Assembly: GCA_030424955.1 (NCBI GenBank)
Contig: JAUHVS010000075.1
Span: forward strand, 1-14,498
DNA from: a bacterium
GTDB lineage: Bacteria; Myxococcota_A; Bradymonadia; UBA7976; UBA1532
Length of the DNA: 14,498 bases
Reading direction: 5' to 3'
Part shown: positions 1-5,736 of the stretch, one piece after another
How the letters are laid out: each line of letters opens with the position of its first letter
How positions within the stretch are numbered: the first letter of the stretch is position 1
The notes under the pieces: model-generated
What the model was told of the DNA's origin: nothing
What the model saw: only the letters and a program-made list of their open reading frames with translations
The model's database searches: none
Translations under genes and position numbers: made by a program

Positions 1-1082
1 ACCCCCCTGGCGGACGCCAGCGCGGAGTGGTTCGAGCTGACGAACACCGCCGGGGTCGAGCTGTCGCTGGCGGGCTGCGCGGTGAGCGCGGCGGCCGGCG
101 AGACCGTGATCGGCGCCTTGGACCTCGCGGCCGACGGTGTCGCGCTCTTTGCGCAGTCCGAGGATCCGGCGCTGACCGGCGGGCTGGTGCCCGACGCGCT
201 GTTCGACTTCTTCCTGAGCAACTCGGGCGCGACCCTGACCCTGACCTGCGGCGGTGAGCTCATCGACAGCGTCACCTACTCGCCCGACGCGCCCTGGCCC
301 GCCGACGCGCGATACCACAGCCTCAGCCTCGATCCCGGCGCCCTCAACGCGGCGGCCAACGACGAGGCCGGCCGGTGGTGCTACGGCAGCACGGCCTACT
401 ACCTCAACGACCGCAACCCGCCCACGGACCACTTCGGCTCGCCGGGCGAGCTCAACCCGCCCTGCGACACCCCGGTGGACTTCTGCCGGCTGCAGTTCCC
501 CACCGAGATCGACGGGCAGGCGGGCGCCACGGTCACCGTCTACGGGCGCGTGTACCAGCCCAACATCACCGATCGCACCGCCGCCACCGACGCGCGGCTG
601 ACGGTGCGCGGCCAGCTCGGCTGGGGCCCCGATGGGGCGGATCCCGCCGACTGGATGTGGATGGACGCGGCGCCCAACGCTGACTGGGCCGCGCCGGCCG
701 ACAACAACGAGGACGAGTACCAGGCCGACCTGGTGCTGCCGGCCGAGGGCCTGTACGCCTACGGCTACCGCTTCACCGTGGACGGCGGCCGCACCTGGAC
801 CCTGTGCGACGGGGACGCCGAGGGCAGCAGCAACGGCTTCAACAGCCCCGGCGTGCTGCTCAGCAACGGGCCCATCGACCCCTGCGCGGGCGCCTGCCAG
901 GACGCGCCGGCCGCCGAGTGTGCCGACGCCAACACCGTCCGCACCTTCGAGGCGCCCGGCGCCTGCGACGTGGTGGGCGGCGAGCCGGTGTGCAGCTTCG
1001 CGCCCATCGACACCCCCTGCGCCGACGGCGAGATCTGTGAGGCCGGCGCCTGCGTCGTGTTGGGCCCCCGCGCCCCCCTGGC
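1..1082 (+). repeat. Tandem coding repeat unit 1 (partial at window edge) of the 1122-bp module
   Basis: Nucleotide-level near-identity with unit 2 at a fixed 1122-bp offset. For example, 739-812 vs 1861-1934 differ at about 1 of 74 nt, and 463-516 vs 1576-1629 are identical apart from a short central patch. The motif gagtggttcgagctg occurs at 28 and 1147. Confidence 0.8.
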
Positions 1083-3858
1083 GGGCGAGGTCATCTTCTC
1101 GGAGATCATGTACGACCCCCACGGCGTGCTGGCCGACGGCACCGCCGAGTGGTTCGAGCTGCACAACACCACCGCCGAGCCCCTGGATCTCGAGGGCTGC
1201 GTCTTCACCGCCAACGGCAACGGGGGCGCCCTGGGCGCCCTGGTGGTGGCGCCCGGCGACTACGTGGTGGTGGGCCAGAGCGCCGATCCGGCGGTGAATG
1301 GTGGGCTGGTGCCCGACGCCGTGCTGGGCTTCGCCCTGGGCAACGGCGGCTCGGAGCTGATCCTGACCTGCGGCGACGTGGCGGTGGACACGGTGGCCTA
1401 CGACGACGCCAACGGCTGGCCGCTGGACGCCCAGCGCCACAGCATCAGCCTGGACGGCGAGCTGCTCGACGGCGATCTCAACGATCTGCCCGAGGCGTGG
1501 TGCTTCGGCCGCGGCCTCTACTTCGCCAACGACGTCGACCCGGTGGATGACCACCGCGGCACCCCCGGCGCCGCGAACCCGCCCTGCGACGAGGCGGTGG
1601 ACTTCTGCCGGCTGCAGTTCCCCACCGAGATCGACGCCGAGGCGGGCACCGCCGTGACCGTGTACGGCCGGCTGTACGAAGAGGGCACCACCGACCGCAC
1701 GGCGGGCACCGACGCCCGCCAGTATGTGGGCGCGCAGCTCGGCTGGGGCCCCGACGGCGCCGATCCGGCGGACTGGGCCTGGATCAACGCGGCGCCCAAC
1801 GTCGACTGGGCCGCGCCGGCCGACAACAACGACGACGAGTACCAGGCCACCCTCGTGGTGCCGGCCGAGGGCCTGTACGCCTACGGCTACCGGTTCACCG
1901 TGGACGGCGGCCGCACCTGGACCCTGTGCGACGGCGACGCCGAGGGCAGCACCAACGGCTTCAACAGCCCGGGCGTGCTGCTCAGCAACGCGGTGGCGGA
2001 CCCCTGCGCGGGGGCCTGCCAGGACGCGCCGGCCGCCGAGTGCGCCGACGCCAACACCGCCCGCACCTTCGAGGCGCCCGGCGCCTGCGAGGTGGTGGGC
2101 GGCGAGCCGGTGTGCAGCTTCGCGCCCATCGACACCCCCTGCGCCGCGGGCGAGGTCTGCGACGCTGGCGTGTGCGCGGTGCCGCCGGTGCGCGGGCCCG
2201 CCGTGGGCGAGATCGTCATCAACGAGGTGATGTACGACCCCAGCGGATCGCTGGAAGACGCCACGGCCGAGTGGGCCGAGCTCAAGAACCTGACCAACGA
2301 GCCGCTGAGCCTGGCGGGCTGCCGGTTCACGGCCAACGGGAGCGGCGGCGACCTGGGGGCCAACGAGCTGGCGCCCAACGGCTTCTTCCTCATCGGCCGC
2401 AGCGCCGATCTGGCGGTCAACGGCGGGATCTTCCCGGACGTCGTGCTGAGCTTCAACGGCCTGGGCAACGGCGGCTCGACCCTGCTGCTGGTGTGCGACG
2501 GCGTCACCATCGACACCGTGGTCTACGACGACGCGGCGCCGTGGCCCCGCGACGCCCTGCGCCACAGCATCAGCCTGGACGTCGAGGTGGCCGACGCCGA
2601 TCTCAACGACCTGCCCGAGGCGTGGTGCTACGGCCGCGACCTGTACTACCGCGACGAGGCCAGCGCGGCGGACGACCACCGCGGCACCCCGGGCGCCGAG
2701 AACCCGCCCTGCGACAAGGCGGTGGACTTCTGCCGCCTGGCCGAGCCGCTGGCCCTCGAGGGGCTGCCGGGCGAGGCCTTCACCGTGCACGGTCGGCTGG
2801 TCGAGGCGGGGCTGACAGACCGGACCTCGGGCACCGACGTGCGCCAGTACGTGCGCGCCGAGGTCGGCCTGGGCCCGGCCGACAGCAGCCCCGTCGACAA
2901 CGTGGACTGGAGCTGGCAGGCGGCACAGGCCAACCCCGACTGGGACGCCGTGGCCGCCGACGCGGGCGACGAGGATGACTACCAGGCCAGCCTGTCGCTG
3001 CCCGACGCCGATGGCATCTACGAGTACACCTTCCGCGTGACCGTCGATGACGGCCGCACCTGGACCTACTGCGACGCGGACGGCGGCGACTACACCATCG
3101 GCAACGCGGGCATCGCCCTGGCGGCCGCGCCCACGCCGGTGGACTGGTGCCGCTTCCAGTGGAACCCCGACGTCACCGCGCAGTGGGGCGACGTCGTGCA
3201 GATGTACGGCCAGGTCTACAAGGAGGGCGTCACCGACCAGCCCGACGCGGCGGGCGCCGCGATCATCGGCCAGTTCGGCTTCGGCCCCGACGGCGAGGCC
3301 CCCGAGGGCAGCGCCAACTGGGTCTGGCAGGACGCCGCGCCCAACGCCGACTGGGACTTCGTGAACAACGCGAACGACGAGTACGTGGCGGACGCCGTGA
3401 TGCCCGAGGTGGTGGGCACGTTTGACAGCGCCTACCGCTTCAGCACCGACAACGGCGAGAGCTGGGTCTACTGCGACGCCGGCGACCCGGGCATCGCCGA
3501 CGGCTTCAACAACCCGGGCAACCTGGTCATCGAGGTGCGGCCCTTCGCGGCGGCCGAGGTGCAGGACAAGTTCAACACCACCTGCGCGGGCTGCCACACG
3601 GGCGGCGGCAGCTCCGGCGGCCTGAACCTCGACGTGTTCGAAGAGACCACCATCGGCGTCGCGGCCATCGGCTCGGCGCTGAACCACATCGAGCCCGGCG
3701 CGCCGGAGCGCAGCTACCTGATGGCCAAGCTCGTGGGCGTGCACCGCGACGCCCCGTTCTTCGGCGCGGGCAACCGGATGCCCATCGGGCAGCCCTGGAC
3801 CGACAACGAGCTGCTCCGGCTCGCCGCGTACATCCAGGCCCTCCCCCCGGTGCCCTGA
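1..3858 (+). CDS. 5'-truncated giant secreted multi-domain protein: three tandem ~374-aa modules (lamin-tail-domain-like + beta-sandwich + Cys-rich mini-domain, the last absent from module 3), a 4th beta-sandwich, and a C-terminal PSCyt1-like c-type cytochrome domain
   Basis: Frame 1 is open from nt 1. The first 27 codons (TPLADASAEWFELTNTAGVELSLAGC...) already match the internal repeat 'DGTAEWFELHNTTAEPLDLEGC', so the ATG at 82 is internal and the gene begins upstream of the window. LTD-like signature in each module (EWxEL.N....L.GC...., ...V.YDD). Conserved 'PPCD..VDFCRLQFPTEID' beta-domain. Stop TGA at 3856-3858. Strong codon third-position GC bias in this frame. Confidence 0.85.
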   Translation, partial: TPLADASAEWFELTNTAGVELSLAGCAVSAAAGETVIGALDLAADGVALFAQSEDPALTGGLVPDALFDFFLSNSGATLTLTCGGELIDSVTYSPDAPWPADARYHSLSLDPGALNAAANDEAGRWCYGSTAYYLNDRNPPTDHFGSPGELNPPCDTPVDFCRLQFPTEIDGQAGATVTVYGRVYQPNITDRTAATDARLTVRGQLGWGPDGADPADWMWMDAAPNADWAAPADNNEDEYQADLVLPAEGLYAYGYRFTVDGGRTWTLCDGDAEGSSNGFNSPGVLLSNGPIDPCAGACQDAPAAECADANTVRTFEAPGACDVVGGEPVCSFAPIDTPCADGEICEAGACVVLGPRAPLAGEVIFSEIMYDPHGVLADGTAEWFELHNTTAEPLDLEGCVFTANGNGGALGALVVAPGDYVVVGQSADPAVNGGLVPDAVLGFALGNGGSELILTCGDVAVDTVAYDDANGWPLDAQRHSISLDGELLDGDLNDLPEAWCFGRGLYFANDVDPVDDHRGTPGAANPPCDEAVDFCRLQFPTEIDAEAGTAVTVYGRLYEEGTTDRTAGTDARQYVGAQLGWGPDGADPADWAWINAAPNVDWAAPADNNDDEYQATLVVPAEGLYAYGYRFTVDGGRTWTLCDGDAEGSTNGFNSPGVLLSNAVADPCAGACQDAPAAECADANTARTFEAPGACEVVGGEPVCSFAPIDTPCAAGEVCDAGVCAVPPVRGPAVGEIVINEVMYDPSGSLEDATAEWAELKNLTNEPLSLAGCRFTANGSGGDLGANELAPNGFFLIGRSADLAVNGGIFPDVVLSFNGLGNGGSTLLLVCDGVTIDTVVYDDAAPWPRDALRHSISLDVEVADADLNDLPEAWCYGRDLYYRDEASAADDHRGTPGAENPPCDKAVDFCRLAEPLALEGLPGEAFTVHGRLVEAGLTDRTSGTDVRQYVRAEVGLGPADSSPVDNVDWSWQAAQANPDWDAVAADAGDEDDYQASLSLPDADGIYEYTFRVTVDDGRTWTYCDADGGDYTIGNAGIALAAAPTPVDWCRFQWNPDVTAQWGDVVQMYGQVYKEGVTDQPDAAGAAIIGQFGFGPDGEAPEGSANWVWQDAAPNADWDFVNNANDEYVADAVMPEVVGTFDSAYRFSTDNGESWVYCDAGDPGIADGFNNPGNLVIEVRPFAAAEVQDKFNTTCAGCHTGGGSSGGLNLDVFEETTIGVAAIGSALNHIEPGAPERSYLMAKLVGVHRDAPFFGAGNRMPIGQPWTDNELLRLAAYIQALPPVP
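1083..2204 (+). repeat. Tandem coding repeat unit 2 (complete 1122-bp module: LTD-like + beta-sandwich + Cys-rich)
   Basis: Period of 1122 bp (374 codons) defined by the 'GEVIFSEIMYDP' (1083) and 'GEIVINEVMYDP' (2205) module starts, with long near-identical nucleotide stretches shared with unit 1. Confidence 0.8.
2205..3131 (+). repeat. Tandem coding repeat unit 3 (diverged; LTD-like + beta-sandwich, Cys-rich mini-domain missing)
   Basis: Protein-level similarity to units 1-2 (EWAELKNLTNEPLSLAGCRFTANGSGG; PPCDKAVDFCRL...), but lower nucleotide identity, and it lacks the 8-Cys segment. End coordinate is approximate. Confidence 0.6.
3541..3855 (+). other. PSCyt1-like (Planctomycete-type cytochrome c) domain with CxxCH heme-binding motif at 3583-3597
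   Basis: 'FNTTCAGCHTGGGSSGGLNLD...IEPGAPERSYLMAKL....RMPIGQPWTDNELLRLAAYIQ' fits my recollection of the PSCyt1 pattern (F..C..CH....GGL.LD ... I.PG.PE.S.L...I ... MPP...L...E...L..WI). The Cys-Ala-Gly-Cys-His codons are tgc gcg ggc tgc cac at 3583-3597. Confidence 0.65.
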
Positions 3859-3866
3859 GCCCGGCT

Positions 3867-3891
3867 GGGGCGGCTGATCCCACGCCGCCCC
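3867..3891 (+). terminator. GC hairpin 9 nt after the stop codon of the repeat-protein gene (candidate intrinsic terminator, no U-tract)
   Basis: Perfect 8-bp inverted repeat GGGGCGGC (3867-3874) / GCCGCCCC (3884-3891) with a 9-nt loop. It is followed by a GC-rich rather than T-rich tail, as is common in high-GC genomes. Confidence 0.35.
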
Positions 3892-4007
3892 GGCCCGCCG
3901 CCGGCCGACGCCCCTCTCTCCATCGCCGCCATCGGGGCCCCGACGCGGGGGTCCGCCTGCGCGGCGCTGCCGATGCCTGCGCCCACCGGGCCACTCGCTG
4001 TGGTCGA

Positions 4008-4037
4008 TTGGCGCCGCCTCTCCGAAACAGGTAGGAT
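4008..4037 (+). promoter_or_regulatory. Candidate sigma70-type promoter for hipBA (TTGGCG - 18 nt - TAGGAT)
   Basis: -35-like TTGGCG at 4008-4013 and -10-like TAGGAT at 4032-4037 in the only locally AT-richer stretch (about 4020-4080). It lies immediately upstream of, and overlapping, the palindromic operator candidate and the hipB start. Confidence 0.35.
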
Positions 4038-4076
4038 TTGAACCATTAGGCCGGTATTCGCCGGCTGTGGCTCAAA
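4037..4076 (+). promoter_or_regulatory. Nested imperfect palindrome: candidate HipB operator overlapping the hipB start codon
   Basis: Outer arms TTTGAACC (4037-4044) / GGCTCAAA (4069-4076), matching 7 of 8. Inner arms GCCGG (4050-4054) / CCGGC (4061-4065) on almost the same centre. It overlaps the -10-like hexamer and the GTG start at 4067. Confidence 0.4.
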
Positions 4077-4387
4077 TGTTGGCCCTTATGTCTCGCCTCC
4101 GTCTCCGCTCTCCAGATCAGGTACAGGCCGCCCTGGCCGAGCGGGCCCGGGCGCGGCGGCTGGCCTTGGGCTTCACCCAGCAGGCCGCGGCGGATCGCGC
4201 CGGCATGAGCCTGTCGAGCCTGAAGCGCTTCGAGCGCAGCGGCGACATCGCCTTGGCGTCCCTGCTGCGCCTGGCGGTGGTGCTCGACGCCCTCGATGAC
4301 TTCGAGCACCCCTTTGAGCTCAGCGAGGACCGCACCCTCGACGAGGTGCTCGCCCACGGGCAGCGCAAGCGGGGCTGGCGCTCGTGA
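4067..4387 (+). CDS. hipB: HipB-like XRE-family helix-turn-helix antitoxin / transcriptional regulator
   Basis: 106-aa product with an HTH_XRE-like segment (LGFTQQAAADRAGMSLSSLKRFERSGDIALASLLRLAVVLD). The start may be GTG 4067 or ATG 4076. Its stop TGA (4385-4387) overlaps the GTG start of the downstream HipA-family gene (GTGA). Confidence 0.8.
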   Translation: MAQMLALMSRLRLRSPDQVQAALAERARARRLALGFTQQAAADRAGMSLSSLKRFERSGDIALASLLRLAVVLDALDDFEHPFELSEDRTLDEVLAHGQRKRGWRS

Positions 4388-5628
4388 AGATCCCGGCCGA
4401 CGGCCCGCTGGCGGTCTGGTGGCGGCGGGCGCCGGGGGATGAGCAGCGCGTCGGGCGCCTGGCCCGCCGGCAGCGCCGGATCTACTTCGAGTACGACCCG
4501 GCGTTCGTCGCGGCCGGCGTCGAGCTCAGCCCCTTCGAGCTGCCCCTGGCGTCGGGGCTGTACACCGACCGCCACCAGACCTTCGAGGGCCTGCCGGGCC
4601 TGCTGCACGACAGCCTGCCCGACGGCTGGGGCCGGCTGCTGCTCGACCGCCAGGCGCGCCGCCTGGGCATCACGGGGCTCACGCCGCTCGATCGGCTGGC
4701 CTGCGTGGGCGACCGGGGCATGGGGGCGCTGGTCTATCGGCCCGAGGTCGCCATGGACGGGGCGGCCGGGGCGCTCGATCTGGACGTGCTGGCGGGCCAG
4801 GCCGCCGAGATCCTCGAGGGCCACGCCGACGAGCTCCTGCCGGCCTTGCTGCAGCTCGGCGGCTCGCCCGCGGGGGCTCGCCCGAAGGTCCTGCTGGGGC
4901 GCCGACCCGACGGCGTGTGGGTGCATGGGGCCGCCGATCTGCCGCCGGACTGGGCCGCGTGGCTGGTCAAGTTCCCGGCGCGGAGCGATCCCGCCGACAT
5001 CGGCGCCATCGAGGCCGCCTACGCGCAGATGGCGCGGGCAGCGGGCATCGACGTGACCGAGACGGCGCTGCTCCCGTCGACCACGGGCCCTGGCTGGTTC
5101 GGCACCCGCCGCTTCGACCGGCACGCGGGCCAGCGGCTGCACGTGCACACCCTGAGCGGGCTGCTCCACGCCGATCACCGCGTGCCGTCCCTCGACTACC
5201 AGGACGTGCTGCAGGCCACCTTCCTGCTGACCAAGGACGACCGCGCGGTGCGCCAGCAGTTCCGGCGCGCCGTGTTCAACGTGCGGGCCCACAACCGCGA
5301 CGATCACAGCCGGCAGTTCGCCTTCCTGCTGGGCGCGGACGGGGCCTGGCGGCTCGCGCCGGCCTACGATCTGACCTTCTCCGATGGCCCGGGCGGCGAG
5401 CACGCGATGCTGGTGATGGGGGAGGGGGCGTCGCCCGACGACACGCACCTGCTGGCGCTGGCGGCCCGGGCGCACCTGCCCCCGCGGGTCGCGCGGCAGA
5501 TCATGGCCGAGGTCGCCGAGGGGATCAGCCGCTGGCCCGCCCTCGCAGCCGCCCACGGCGTCAGCCGCCCCCAGCGCGCCGAGATCAGCCGTCGGCTGGG
5601 GATCGGGTCGCGCGGCGGATCGCGGTGA
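4384..5628 (+). CDS. hipA: HipA-family serine/threonine kinase toxin (type II TA)
   Basis: N-terminal HipA_N-like 'LSPFELPLASGLYTD...LPGLLHDSLPDGWGRLLL' (compare E. coli HipA ...FNFFDNLLPEG...). P-loop-like 'AGARPK' (E. coli AGAQEK). Catalytic-loop 'HNRDDHSRQFAF' with D306-D307-H308 (E. coli D309 region). 'LAPAYDLTFS' with D329 (E. coli D332, Mg-binding). 414 aa, stop TGA 5626-5628. Confidence 0.9.
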   Translation: MKIPADGPLAVWWRRAPGDEQRVGRLARRQRRIYFEYDPAFVAAGVELSPFELPLASGLYTDRHQTFEGLPGLLHDSLPDGWGRLLLDRQARRLGITGLTPLDRLACVGDRGMGALVYRPEVAMDGAAGALDLDVLAGQAAEILEGHADELLPALLQLGGSPAGARPKVLLGRRPDGVWVHGAADLPPDWAAWLVKFPARSDPADIGAIEAAYAQMARAAGIDVTETALLPSTTGPGWFGTRRFDRHAGQRLHVHTLSGLLHADHRVPSLDYQDVLQATFLLTKDDRAVRQQFRRAVFNVRAHNRDDHSRQFAFLLGADGAWRLAPAYDLTFSDGPGGEHAMLVMGEGASPDDTHLLALAARAHLPPRVARQIMAEVAEGISRWPALAAAHGVSRPQRAEISRRLGIGSRGGSR

Positions 5629-5656
5629 GCTGAGGGAGACGCTGGGCCCGCGGCCA

Positions 5657-5684
5657 GGCGCTGTGCTTGACGGCGCTGTGCTTG
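5657..5684 (+). repeat. 13-bp tandem direct repeat GGCGCTGTGCTTG x2 (spacer AC) in the convergent intergenic region
   Basis: Exact copies at 5657-5669 and 5672-5684, between the hipA stop (5628) and the stop of the minus-strand giant gene (5737). Followed by a G-run-rich segment (5686-5715). Confidence 0.5.
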
Positions 5685-5736
5685 GCGGTGGGGTGCCGGG
5701 AGGTGGTGTGCGGGGCCGCCGCGGGCCGGGTGGCGG

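Noticed and set aside
254-2978. Overlapping alternative-frame ORFs inside the repeat-protein gene (254..601, 375..683, 632..1297, 765..1220-, 1149..1550, 1724..2230, 1887..2516-, 1926..2978, etc.)
   Set aside because: Low-complexity Arg/Pro/Ala/Thr-rich translations typical of off-frame high-GC DNA. They are fully embedded in a frame with recognisable domains.
82-3858. ATG at 82 as the start of the repeat-protein gene (as given in the ORF track)
   Set aside because: The same frame is open from nt 1, and the upstream 27 codons already encode the LTD-like repeat consensus (EWFEL.N...L.GC). The gene is truncated by the window edge and the ATG is internal.
3859-4007. Possible small ORFs or sRNA in the 208-bp spacer upstream of hipB
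   Set aside because: No ORF with a plausible start/RBS. Apart from the post-stop hairpin, there are only trivial short repeats (CCATCG x2), with no conserved-looking structure I can support.
4030-4080. tRNA-like T-loop motif GGTTCAAATCC on the minus strand, considered as a tRNA gene or a tRNA 3'-fragment att site
   Set aside because: The flanking bases give only a 2-bp T-stem. No acceptor-stem complement (needed ~65 nt upstream) is present, and there is no cloverleaf. The motif is explained by the palindromic operator candidate and overlaps the hipB start.
4117-5556. 479-aa minus-strand ORF, plus the 4439..5056 and 4917..5633 plus-strand ORFs overlapping hipA
   Set aside because: Antisense or off-frame to a gene with unambiguous HipA motifs, with no domain signatures of their own. 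GC-driven open frames.
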